A stretch of DNA of 64,000 bases from the human T2T-CHM13v2.0 reference genome, Homo sapiens: the NCBI RefSeq assembly GCF_009914755.1, contig NC_060931.1; one strand, written 5' to 3'. The notes beneath the pieces were generated by a model that saw only the letters and a list, made by a program, of their open reading frames with translations, had not been told where the DNA came from and searched no databases. Both the position numbers and the translations under genes were made by a program. Below, piece by piece: positions 27,257 through 64,000 of the stretch (its first letter is position 1; each line of letters starts with the position of its first letter).

Positions 27257-28428
27257 CTACCGGCAAAGAGGGAGAAAAGACCCTATCAGCAGTAGACATG
27301 TGGACGGCAACCTCCCTGAACAACCTGGTGAGAGCTCAGGGCAGACAGGTCCACTGCTCCAGAAACGCCCATGTGTGGAGGAAATGAAATTAAGGCTTTT
27401 AATAGGTAAATATGGACTTTCACATACACTGAACAATGTGTATTGTTAACAATTTTTTTTTAATAGAGACAGGGTCTCGCTCTGTTGCCCAGGCTGGAGT
27501 GCAGTGGTGCGATCATAGCTCACAGCAGCCTCGAACTCATGGGCTCAAGCAATCCCCCTGCCTCAGCATCCGAGTAGCTGTGACTAGAAGTGTGCACCAC
27601 CATGCCTAGCTAAAAAGCAATATATGTTGTATGTATAACATTAATTTGATTTGGATTACCCCTTTTTTTTTCCATATTGGTTTTATTTAATACATCTGAA
27701 CAATCTGTCTAGAAAACTGACAAGCTAGTTACAGGAAGGCTTGTGCACATAATTATGGCTGAAATTAAGAGGATTGCATTCAAACTACCTACGTGCTAAA
27801 CCTTAACAAAGTATATCTGATATGCAGATTATCTTCAATAAATCAAATGCTAATTTTATTTATTTTTTTGAGACAGAGTCTTGCTCTGTCACCCAAGGCT
27901 GGAGTGCAGTGGCGAGATCTCGGCTCACTGCAACCTGCGCCTCCCAGGTTCAATCCTGCCTCAGCCTCCCGAGTAGCTGGGATTACAGGCGCCTGCCACC
28001 ACGCCTGGCTAATTTTTGTATTTTTCGTAGAGATGGGGTTTCACCATGTTGGCCAGGCTGGTCTGGAACTCCTAACCTCAGGTGATCTGCCCGCCTTAGC
28101 CTCCCAAAGTGCTGGGATTACAAGCATGAGCCACTGCACTGGCCAAATGCTAAATTTTTTTTAAAAACAAAAGAATGTTTAAACTACTTTCAGACAGGTG
28201 ACTTCATACGCTCTAATAACTATGCATGCACCAAATGTATCTCTACATGCACAGACATACAGAAAATAGCCTGGGATCGAATAACTTCAGTTAACTAAAC
28301 TAGAACTAAACCATAAACTTAACTTTGGCTAAAATGTGAGCATGTCCACGAAGACAGTTTGCAGCTTGGCTGCTCTGGAAGGGAGGGGCCGTCTGGTGCC
28401 CTGCGGGGACCATCACGCCCAGACTTAC

Positions 28429-28636
28429 GCCTTGGACACGTCGTGTTCTCCATAGAGCCAGCCATCCTTCTCCTCGGGGATGAGCAGCGTGATGACATCT
28501 CCCTGTGCAAAGCTGAGTAAGGTCTTGTTGGAGCCCGCAGTGTGCGGGAAGATGGTCTTCACTTTCTGCTTCTTCATCATGTTCAGTCCCGTTGCAACCG
28601 AAACTGATCGCTGTAAACTGGGATCTTCGGAAGTAC
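28429..28636 (-). CDS. BAIAP2L1: BAIAP2L1 exon 10, 208 nt (SH3 domain)
   Basis: Translates (G)[68 protein letters not shown](A). Acceptor CCAACAG|, donor GC|GTAAGT. Confidence 0.96.
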
Positions 28637-29548
28637 CTGTTGGAGGGAGTGTAGCAGTAATGGCTTTTCAAAGCATGAGAATCAACAGGCACATTCCAAT
28701 GAGCAAACCCCAGGAATCCACCTGTTCTCATCTTGCCAACAATGCTCCTTCCACGGAAACTGACCCTGTCCTATTTCCTCGCTTTGATCATTGCCCAGAA
28801 GGAACAGGGACTGTTGAGAAACAGAGGCAGCGTGCAGCCTGAAGGCATGCACCGTGCAGAAGAGGATCCCTGCGGCTGCGGGCTCTTTTCCAGGCCCAAG
28901 GACAAGGCGGTGTGTGCCGGGTTGATCTGCACTGCTTTAGCCAGGATGGCTCTTCTTAGAGAGACAAACCGCTCCAACGCCAAACTGCCCTCGCAATTCC
29001 AATCGCAAAGGCAGGCTAGGGCCACAGTTCAAACCCAACTGCCAATGTCCACAAAGAAAAGAAGAAAGCTGGAAATGCAGTTGGTCTTGCCATGCTGGCC
29101 GCTCAGCTTCTCACCCCCAGGCCTAAGAAGGACAAGGTGAGGATGAGTTCCATTTACAGAGTCCTCACCAGGTGCCAGTCACGATCTCAATGTCTCACAG
29201 CTGCCATCCCGCCAGGCTCCCAGGAGGAAGGTGCTGCTATTTATTATCCACAGGACAGACCCCACAGCTGGCAAGTGGCTGGGCCAGGAACCAGCTAGGG
29301 CAGGTTTGTCCCATACTCTCTACCCATGAGCACGAGGCTGTGCTGTTCATGTCTCCATTCAAACACAGGCTGATATTTCCACTCCAGGGGAAAAAAGGTA
29401 GAAAAAAATATATATATATGTATGTATATACATTTGAGACAGAGTCTCACTCTGTTGCCCAGGCTGGAGTGCAGTGGCAGGATCACAGCTCACTGTAGTC
29501 TGGACTTCCCAGGCTTAAAGGATCCTCCCTCCTCAGCCTCCTAAGTAG

Positions 29549-29749
<201 letters not shown>

Positions 29750-30476
29750 TAGTAATACAACAAGCATCTTTAATTTAAAACAATGCAAGATCTCTTTCTG
29801 CTTTATTCTTGCAGATTCTTCATGATTACAACATAAACCTGCGCCCCCTTAACCTGCCACTCTCTACTTCGCTGGTGTTGAACCCACCAGCAGTTTTCTT
29901 TCTTTTTTGAGACAGAGTCTCGCTCTGTCGCCCAGGCTGGAGTGCAGTGGTGTGATCTCGGCTCACTGCAACCTCTACCTCCTGGCTGGGTTCAAGCAAT
30001 TCTCTTGCCTCAGCCTCCTGAACAGCTGGAATTACAGGCGCGTGCCACCATGCTCGGCTAATTTTTGTATTTTTAGTAGAGACAGGGTTTCACCATATTG
30101 GCCAGGCTGGTCTCGAACTCCTGACATCGAGATCCACCTACCTTGGCCTCCCAAAGTGCTGGGATTACAGGCATGAGTCACCGCGCCCAATCCTCCACCA
30201 GCAATTTTCATTCTGCTTTTACCAATAAGAACCAGAGTCATCTGAATCACTGGGATGCACAGAGTATTACATACTTTAACTGTGTATTTTAGTTAACTGA
30301 CAGGACTTCCTTCAAAGGCAAATGCCTGCAGACCATCATCTTCCTCTACTGGGCCATCCTAGTCATCATTCTGGAAAACTCTGTTCTTTTGCCCAATAGC
30401 TTCACACGCTGTGGTCCAGGGCTCTCTCTCACAAACAGCTTGACTGCCGCAACCTTCACACCATGGGGGCCTGTGA

Positions 30477-30827
<351 letters not shown>

Positions 30828-31184
30828 TGATCCACCTGCCTCGGCCTCCCAAAGGGCTGGGATTACAGGCGTGAGCCACCGCGCCTGGCCTCCATTTATT
30901 TGTAAATAGATAATTCTCAACAGTATGTTTACTCTGGATAAACATCAGTCAGTGCGTAGAACTGGTAAATGTCAGAGAAATGTATCACTTATCAGAGCGT
31001 CTCACAGTCTAGTCCTGTATTTCTTCTGAACTCACGCTCTGCAAAGCCAGGGCTGAATGTATCTACCATACCTGCTTGTTTACCTCCAAACCTTGCAATA
31101 CATTTATACAAAATATTTATTTCACAGCTTATCTTAAAACAAATGTAAAAGGTATCTTCAAATAAATCAGACTGAATCTCTTAC

Positions 31185-31332
31185 CTGTTGAATTATTTAC
31201 CCTTTGTGAATTCGGGGCAGCCGTGGCTGGGTTATTAAACATATCGATCAAGGGACTGGTATATGCTCTGCCTGAAGGAGCGGGGGGCATCTTTGGTGAG
31301 CATTTAGAAAGGGTGTCGTAATCTTTCCTAAC
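31185..31332 (-). CDS. BAIAP2L1: BAIAP2L1 exon 9, 148 nt
   Basis: Translates [49 protein letters not shown](G). Acceptor TTTTTCACAG|, donor CAG|GTAAGA. Confidence 0.96.
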
Positions 31333-31454
31333 CTGTGAAAAATTCTTTATTAGTCCAATATTAGTATAGTGCAGAACCGGAATTACACAGATTCCCAAGG
31401 CTGTTTTTTTTTTTTAAATAATAGGCTATTTATTTATTTATTTATTTATTTTGA

Positions 31455-31562
<108 letters not shown>

Positions 31563-32008
31563 TAGCTGGATAACAGGCACGCACTACCACATCTGGCTAT
31601 TTTTTGTATTTTTAGTAGAGACGAGGTTTCACCATGTTAGCCAGGCTGGTCTCAAACTTCTGACCTCAAGTGATCTGCCCGCCTAGGCCTCCCAAAGTGC
31701 TGGGATTACAGGTGTGAGCCACCATGACTGGCCACATTTCAGGGGGTTTGAGATGGGCAGAAAGAGTGGATCCATGTGTTCAAAGTACCTGCTGCATCCC
31801 AATCTCCACAGAGCCCAGGTTCAAAGATCAGCAAACTACAAATGTGTGAATTCATTACTGTGAATACTTTGATGCCTATTTTTTTTCCTGAAGTGCCTTA
31901 CGTTGTGATGAATGCCATCAGAGTGTGTCTAATTTATTCTGAGACACCTATACTTCCTTACTTGGGAGTAAACTTAGTTGGAATGATTACAAATAAAAAC
32001 AGTAAGTA

Positions 32009-32670
<662 letters not shown>

Positions 32671-32844
32671 AACAAACATGTGCCCAGCTACCTTCGCCCC
32701 TAAAGGTAAGGGGATAGAGGTGCGAAAAGGTGGTCCTGGAAGTAATAAAGGGGGACCTGTGATTCCCACCAACACAGGCAAATTTGGCCCAGATCAAGTT
32801 AGGAAACACACGATTGAAATCTGGAAGAGAAAACTGGCTCCTAC

Positions 32845-33012
32845 CACATTGCTTCTCTCGATCATGGGTGAAGCCTGAGGAGTTCCAGACACGGGGGTAG
32901 AGGCTGGGGTCTTTATTTCTTCGATCATATTCATGATTTTCTCTGGCACTTTGATGGCATCAACACAGGTCTCCTGCCACCGAGGCAGCTTGGAATTCAG
33001 TAGTTCTGCAGA
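32845..33012 (-). CDS. BAIAP2L1: BAIAP2L1 exon 8, 168 nt
   Basis: Translates [56 protein letters not shown]. Acceptor CTTTGCAG|, donor GTG|GTAGGA. Confidence 0.96.
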
Positions 33013-34347
33013 CTGCAAAGCCAAAAGAAGAAGACTAAAGACAAAGAAGATTGTCTGAAGAGCTGAGAAAAATGACATCACGTCATATCGCTGATAACAG
33101 ATTACTGGCTTAGCACCAGGAGTGTGGGGGCCCTGGGTTAAACTCGGTGAGCACTTTAAGCACCTAGAGGATCAGCTGTGTCTCACCGGCTGAGAGGGGC
33201 AAAGGCTCTGACTCAAAAGGAAATTTCCTGATCCCTCAGTGTGAATACAGAGCATGGGACTAATACGGGGATGGTAAATGGTTAAGAGCAAGAACAGAAA
33301 CTCAAAGGGAGGGAGGGAGCAATCTGTATGAATCCCGTTTTCCAGGTGGCCCCAGAAACGCCAACCATCACTTTCTCCCTCCCACTCCTACTAAAAGCAG
33401 CACCTCCAACACAGGCCACGGGCCCCGTAGTTGACTCTGACCGATTCAGACATTAGAGAAGTGAATCAGACACTGTCCTGAGAGTCTGTCTATGGGGAAG
33501 AGGGACTGTGGGTGAGTGGTGGGCAGTGCTGAGGGACGCCCCCACCACAGGCCAAACAAGGTTTTGCAGAGCAGACCTGACCAGCAGGGGTGAGAACCCG
33601 CAACCCTGGAGGCAGAGTGCCCCTCCAGCACCCACAAGCCTGGCTCTGCTCCTGACAACTGGATTCTCAGAGGCCCCCCAAGCGCTTCCAGTGAGCACCT
33701 TTTCTGAAGAGCACTCTGGTTGGGAAAGGGGAGGCAGGAGCCTGTCCTGCGGCTGTGTGCATGGCAGTCACACTGCTTTTACTCAGCCTCTGAGTTTATC
33801 AAGAGTGGTGGGGGGCTGATGTCAGTCCTGGGGAAGGGCAAAGACCCCCTCACACCACCCCTGTCCCCAAATGCCACCCCACCCCCAACTGTCACCCTGA
33901 CACTCTGCAGCACCGTGGACCAGCTGCTTGGGCCTGCTTCATCCCAACTCCACAGAAAGGACTGAGGCGCTTTAGCTGAATTAAGGGAAGCCACAAAACC
34001 AGTTTTCAGATACTCGAAGAAACTTCCAGCATAGAAACGAGCAGATTTGGTCTGCGTCACTCTAGAAAGCATTACTGGGACCGATGGTTAAGTCTAAGAA
34101 AGACTCTGCTGATAACTGGAGCTCCCTGAAAAGGTGCTAGGCTGCCTCATGACACGGTGGGGATATCACGCAGGAAGAGAACCTCAAGGTCACCTCTGTC
34201 CTCTCCAGCCTGCGACCCTGGTGCCACAGGATGCCCTCACTCTGGGAAGAGAAGATTCTAAAGTGAACTCTACATTCCCGAAACTAGTACAGACATGCTG
34301 TTGACAAAAGTGATCACCTAATACAGCAACTATTTCCTTTGCTGTAA

Positions 34348-36345
<1,998 letters not shown>

Positions 36346-36352
36346 CTAAAAA

Positions 36353-36382
36353 AATAATAATAATAATAATAATAATAATAAT
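36353..36382. repeat. (AAT)10 microsatellite abutting the exon 7 acceptor
   Basis: Directly visible. Confidence 0.97.
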
Positions 36383-36708
36383 TATATAAGCATGACATGA
36401 GCATCAGATAGCATGCAGCCTGACGTTTATCTTCTGCCATCTTTACACCTGCTTTATTTGAATAATAGAGTAAATACATGAGAGGAAAGAATGCTGTAAC
36501 CTGACCTAAGTAGATACCATCGTTCTCCTTGAGGTCCCTGATTCGTGTGCAGAGAGAAGTTGCCCAAGGGCTTGACATTCCCACGGGGCAATTTGCACAA
36601 ATATTACTTTGTACTTCAGAGATATGATCGTGTCCTACTGGAAAGCACCACGGGCTTTGGAATCAGAAAGTTCCAGGTTCAAACCCAGTTCCAAATGCCA
36701 ACAATAGG

Positions 36709-37076
36709 TGATATGCTTTGGCTGTGTCCCCACCCAAATCTCATCTTGAATTGTAGCTCCCGTAATTCCTATGTGTTTGGGGAGGGACCTGGTGGGAGGT
36801 AATTGAATCATGGGGGCAGGTCTTTCCCATGCCATTCTTGTGATAGTGAATAAGTCTCACAAGATCTGATGGCTTCATAAAGGGAGTTTCCCTGCACAAG
36901 CTCTCCTTTGCCTGCTGCCATCCATGTAAGACGTGACTTGCTCCTCCTTCCCTTCCACCATGATTGTGAGGCCTCCCCGGCCATGTGGAACTGTGAGTCC
37001 ATTAAATCTCTTTCTTTTGTAAATTGCCCAGTCTCGGGGTATGTCTTTACCAGCAGCATGAAAATGGAGTAATAAA
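36709..37076 (+). mobile_element. THE1B-like MaLR solo LTR inserted into a MIR
   Basis: Starts TGATATGCTTTGGCTGTGTCCCCACCCAAATCTCATCTTGAATTGTAGCTCCC and ends GTGAGTCCATTAAA...CAGCAGCATGAAAATGGAGTAATA. Flanks ATAGG/ATATG; MIR halves on either side. Confidence 0.9.
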
Positions 37077-37254
37077 ATATGATTTAACCTAAGCCTCATT
37101 TTCCCCATCTGTACAATGGGAATAGTAACACTGATCATGGAGAGTCCCTTCTTCTTTCAGAGCCAGGATAAAAAGCCCATGTTTTGGCAGGAGGTCACTG
37201 ATTAATTATACTTAACTCAGGGAAACTCTACAGCCTTCAGCTCTCAGTCAAAAT

Positions 37255-37902
<648 letters not shown>

Positions 37903-37958
37903 TAAACTGTGCAAATTGTCAACAACAAAAGAAAACAAGATATTGTTGAAAAGCTCAC

Positions 37959-38096
37959 CTCAATTTCTTTGTGTTCATATTTGAGTGCGTTTCGGCTTCC
38001 TTGGCTTTTCCTTCTGATCTTCTTCAACTCAGCTTGGGATTTCTCCAAAGACTCTAATTTATTCTTGTGTTCTGTTTGGTATCTTTTTAGAGTTGC
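37959..38096 (-). CDS. BAIAP2L1: BAIAP2L1 exon 6, 138 nt (I-BAR/IMD basic cluster)
   Basis: Translates [46 protein letters not shown]. Acceptor ACTTACAG|, donor GAG|GTGAGC. Confidence 0.96.
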
Positions 38097-38192
38097 CTGT
38101 AAGTTAAATGGCTGTGCTTATTTTACTGTGGCACCACACGAATTGTCACACAGTTTGCCTTTACTCACACTTCCACTGTGTGTGGCTCAACG

Positions 38193-38870
38193 GGGCCCTG
38201 ACACCCTCACTTCACACCATCCTCACACTGGCTGGGGCCCCCACACCCACACCAGTTCACACCATCCTCCTGCTGGCCGGGGTCCCATGCCCACACTTCG
38301 CACCATCCTCATGCTGACCAGGGCCCTCACCCCTCAGTTCACACCGTCTGCATGCTGGCTGGGACCCTCACCCTGCAGTTCACACCATCCACACACTGGC
38401 TGGGACCCTCACTCATTTCACACCATCCTTACACTGGCTGGGACCATCACCCCGCAGTTCACACCATCTGCATGTTGGCTGGGGACGCTCACCACACAGT
38501 TCACATCATCCTCACACTGGCCGGGGCCCTCGCTCATTTCACACCATCTTTACGCTGGCTGGGACTGTCACCCCGTAGTTCACACCATCTGCATGATGGC
38601 TGGGACCCTCACTCTGCAGTTCACACCATCTGCATGCTGGCTGGGACCCTCACCCCACAGTTCACATCATCCTCACACTGGCCGGGGCCCTCACTCATTT
38701 CACACCATCCTTACGCTGGCTGGGACCCTCACCCCGCAGCTCACACCATCTGCATGATGGCTGGGACCCTTACTCTGCAACTCACACCATCTGCATGCTG
38801 GCTGGGACCCTCAACCCGCAGTTCACACCATCCACACACTGGTTAGAGCCCTCACCCCTCAGTTCACATT
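38193..38870. repeat. Minisatellite/VNTR, ~39-42-bp unit, ~16 copies
   Basis: Consensus CAGTTCACACCATCTGCATGCTGGCTGGGACCCTCACCCCG repeated with variants. Confidence 0.95.
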
Positions 38871-39077
38871 GCCCCCTTCATGCAACTTTAATGTCTTGGC
38901 TTTGTTCTAAAGGTTACTGTTTAAATGAGGAGCCCCCGACCAGAAGCCAAGTCTCTAAGGACATCTTCTCTTTCTTTTATTCCTTCTTTCCTCAAAGGCT
39001 TTTTGATGCTGGGTGGTTAACTTTCTTCTGCCACCCAAAGTCTCAAAGTTCCATCCAAAGCACTTAGCCACCAAGGT

Positions 39078-39703
<626 letters not shown>

Positions 39704-40150
39704 GAATGGTGTCTATGTTTTGGAGTTTCTGAAGGCATAGCAATTAGATAACGTATGTAAATCACTTGGCATGAAATGCACCTTAGCAGCTGTCCGGGTC
39801 CTGTGGCCTCCTGCCGGGAGGGTGCAGCCAGGCAGCAGTCCTCACGAGGACGACAGGGGAGGGATGATTCCAGGGCAACTCGCACACTCACTGCCACATG
39901 GGGGTCTGGGTGAGCAGGAAGGGGACTTTGGGTGGCAGGAGAAAGTTAAGTACTCTATAGAGCAAGGGAAGATGGCAAGAGCCCTCAATACCGGGTCTGT
40001 AGGGCCACCCTGAAGGGGACCTGGATAAACCTGCTGAAATGGACAAAAGTGGATAGAGAAGGGGCGCCATGCAGGAGCGGTCTCTGCAGATGGGCCAGGG
40101 CACACCGGGAGCCCCGGACGGTGCTCTCCCGCACACCACCCACAGCCTGA

Positions 40151-40875
<725 letters not shown>

Positions 40876-40978
40876 TAACAAAAGGAAATAAATTCATACC
40901 AGGTTTGAGATTTTAAGCAAAATAAGTTCTAAAACCTGAAATGAGTGTATTTTGTAAATAGAAACACAGATCACGTAC

Positions 40979-41040
40979 ATTTTCATCAAGACTCTCGTTG
41001 AGTTTCTTGTGGGTACTTGAAATCTCTATGAGGACATGTC
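40979..41040 (-). CDS. BAIAP2L1: BAIAP2L1 exon 4, 62 nt (I-BAR/IMD); upstream exons outside window
   Basis: Translates (G)[20 protein letters not shown]. Acceptor TTGTTCCCAG|, donor AAT|GTACGT; 107-nt intron to the next exon. Confidence 0.94.
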
Positions 41041-41096
41041 CTGGGAACAAAACCAGATATGTTAGCGGGAAGCCATTGCGTATTTTTTTGTTTTGA

Positions 41097-41240
<144 letters not shown>

Positions 41241-41411
41241 TAATTTTTTGCATTTTTAGTAGAGACAGGGTTTCATCGTGTTGGCCAGGCTGGTCTTGAA
41301 CTCCTAACCTCAGGTGATCAACTGCCTTGGCCTCTCAAAGTTCTGGGATTACAGGTGTGAGCCGCCGCGCCAGGCCCATTGCACAGTTTTGTAAAGTATT
41401 AGGAAAAGTGA

Positions 41412-41927
<516 letters not shown>

Positions 41928-42521
41928 TAAGCCAAGTTCTATATATCTGATTCAAATTTTGAAATTGTCTCACAAATGATTACTTCGGTCATCACAGTAG
42001 CTAACTCTAGGAATAAAAAATGATTTATTTTTATCGAATCCCCAGGGTAATCTGATTATCTGTCAGGCACGAGAGATAAAGGCTATTTCTTTTTTCTCAC
42101 GTTAGTTCTTACAATGTTTTGGAAAATACTAACGCCAGGGGAACCCGCAGCAGGAAGAGTGCTCAGCCCTGCCTCTGCTGGGAATACACCAGCCCCTGAA
42201 ACCAAGCACAGTCACATGATGGGCAGGATGCTCCAGGACAGAGAAGCCTCACCGCCGAGGGCAGCAATCACGCCCCCGGGTTTGCAATCATATCTCTGCA
42301 GTGAGTGGCAGTGCGCCAGCTCTCTGCCACCTTTCTACAGGTGACATCTGATAAAGGTGAACAAGGGCCTCTCTCTGCCAACTTATCTGCAGGAACCAAA
42401 CGGGTTTCCTAGGGTCTGACACCTAAGAAATGGAGAAACACATAGACTCATCTGGAACCACCGTTACCACCACCATCAAACAATGCCGACCAACAGCAAG
42501 ATGTGCCGGCGGACCATCCTA

Positions 42522-49442
<6,921 letters not shown>

Positions 49443-49861
49443 TTCATGATACACACCAACAAAAATGTGCCCACACACTCCTCAACAGGCCATTTTCTAG
49501 GCGAGTACTTGTTTTCTGGAAATAAAATCCACACATGTGATTGTTCAGCCTGTAGTCACCATTTTTTGGTGCACTTTACACATATCCATCTATACACTCA
49601 GCTCGACACTTCTGTCATAGCCTTTCTTTCCCCAGTCCCGGAGTCCTCAAAGGAAAAACTGTCAATCTCCTGTTATCTAAGGGAACATACCTGTAGAGTA
49701 TACTTTATTTTCCTCTATCTTTTAAAACCTTAAACAGAATACTGAGAACCTCAGTCTGAAGTGCTGACATTTCTCCTATAGTTTAAGTTGCATCCATCAG
49801 GATTGATCCATCAGAGAACACACACATCTGGTCACCGTTGATGCAAAAACAATCGCAAAGG

Positions 49862-55922
<6,061 letters not shown>

Positions 55923-56704
55923 TTATCTCCCATGATCCTCTCCATGAGCCCTAAATCCCAGGTCAATGGAAATATCCCATCCCTTCTCTCTGTTCCCTTC
56001 TCCAGAAAAGATCACCCTTTCCACTTCCAACGCTGACCATAGGGATATTACATATCCCCTGACACTCAGTTTCCCTCCACCCCCACATAGGTGGGATCAT
56101 CTCTTCCTATGAAATCCTATAGGCTTTGTACCATTTTACTCTAGCATTCCATCCTGTATTAAAACTATGAGTATAAATGCACACGTGTGTGTGTATATAT
56201 TTCATCATCTCCTTTACTGCGTTGCAGGTATCTTGAAGGTGGGGACCAAGTCTTATTAATGCTGTAAATAAGGACCTTGATTTCAAGAAAGCCCAGATAA
56301 ATCTGATTCATTGGATTAGAGCCCAATACTCTTATCTGATACACTCATTCAGTCAATCAACAAACATTTCTAAGCTCATCCTTAACTATATCCGATTCTC
56401 ACATCCTTGCCTCACCAGAAATTTATAACTGAGGCAGGCAGCGGTGGCACAGGGGTGGTAACTGCTGCCAGCTCCCCCGCTGGGACTCCTCTCCGGCAGA
56501 TGCCCCTGAAGGACCACCGGGACACCTTCCCTCAGCTTCAGTCCCATTCTTGAGACACTGCAGCGGCACAGCCGTTCACAGTTCCTGTCCAGGTTTTACA
56601 GAAGGGCTTGTCCCAAGGCCATTTTTTATACTGAACCAAATTCTGGCTTCCTGGATCCTCCTTCAACCAGACTGAAGGAATGATAGACAGGGGGTCTAAA
56701 TCCT

Positions 56705-60135
<3,431 letters not shown>

Positions 60136-61025
60136 TCTTACTTTTAACAGTTTTGTTAAGTCACTCGGAAGAGGAAAGAGTACATAGGGAAGTGCATTTA
60201 CTCCCAAGTTGCTAAAGACCAAAAAACTTCTAGAACCCCACCTGCACTAACGAAGACTCTAACCCCCCACCAGAACTGTCTACCCTCCACCGTGGCACCA
60301 TGGTGTGCCTGGGAATGCGGCTGGCGTGGCCAGGCCTCACTCGCTTCATGATTCTAGCCGCATCCATCTTTGAGTATCCCTCTCTTCAGCCTGTCACGGG
60401 AGCTACGCCCTTTGCTGCTACCTGTGCGTGTGACCGCAGCAGCTCTTTCTTGGCATGCTCTCAACCCCACTCCCCAATTTGGGTGTCATAACCTAGTGTT
60501 TTCGTTCCTGACCCTTCACTGCAGGCCCAGCATGGTGCTGTGAAAAAGTTAGAAATCCACACTTATTTGTAAGAGGATGTAAGTAGCGCTTGTGAACAAG
60601 GATGGTGATGATGGCAGAGGCACAGCCCCAGGTCCTTTGCGCCACCCCCCCTCGCCATGACAGGCCAATTATCCGGCCCAGTTGTTGCAGCTCCTTGGCC
60701 AGCGGTCCTTTGGCTGTGGCTGACAGCGTGAGGACAGGGACACTTACGCTGTCTCCATCTTGAGTTACTAGGACACACAATATACTTCAAGGAGAAAAAG
60801 ACCAATTTGAGTAACTGTGAAAACTGGGTTTAAACAATTTTCTGTTCAAACACTTAAAAATCCAAAGATTTAAGAGAACGGGCAAACATAATAAAGTTAC
60901 AATGAAAAACAGGAAATGACGTTTCAGGTTGACACTTAGGATGTGCCCAGTGAGCAATCTGGAAGCATGAAGTGTGAAATGGCTAATCTGATTCAATGAT
61001 TCAGCTTCTACATAAGTAATATTTA

Positions 61026-63990
<2,965 letters not shown>

Positions 63991-64000
63991 CACACACACA

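Noticed and set aside
37909-38846. 282-aa and 164-aa plus-strand ORFs with repeated peptides
   Set aside because: Produced by the stop-poor VNTR plus the antisense of exon 6.
38193-38870. Regular ~40-bp periodicity superficially like a CRISPR array
   Set aside because: Whole units are homologous with no unique spacers, and the context is a human intron. It is a minisatellite.

Overview
Human (primate) genomic DNA, recognised from the translated exons as the BRI3 / BAIAP2L1 (IRTKS) locus. Plus strand: the complete BRI3 gene, with a CpG-island promoter, 3 coding exons (2537-2678, 3092-3194, 11858-11990; 125 aa) and an alternative last exon (13386-13437; 98 aa isoform). Minus strand: the last 11 coding exons of BAIAP2L1 (41040 down to the stop at 14268), with all phases consistent, covering the distal I-BAR/IMD, SH3, PPPDY and WH2-like C-terminus. 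Exon numbers 4-14 rely on my recollection of a 14-exon, 511-aa gene; the first exons lie beyond the window. The two genes end tail-to-tail, and the alternative BRI3 exon lies antisense inside the BAIAP2L1 3'UTR. The remainder is Alu-dense intron (about 60 Alu pieces) with L1, L2, MIR, MaLR LTR and MER fossils, a ~41-bp VNTR and several STRs. Most ORF-track entries are Alu-derived or GC-rich chance ORFs. I found no evidence of a new protein-coding system. The notable observations are non-coding: sense/antisense 3' overlap with a palindromic poly(A) signal, a rare GAG splice acceptor, an STR forming a splice acceptor, a young AluYb8, atypical Alu insertions, template-switch-like palindromic scars, a palindrome carrying GATA and E-box motifs, and a sharp Alu orientation switch. 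Repeat family calls and boundaries are by eye and approximate.
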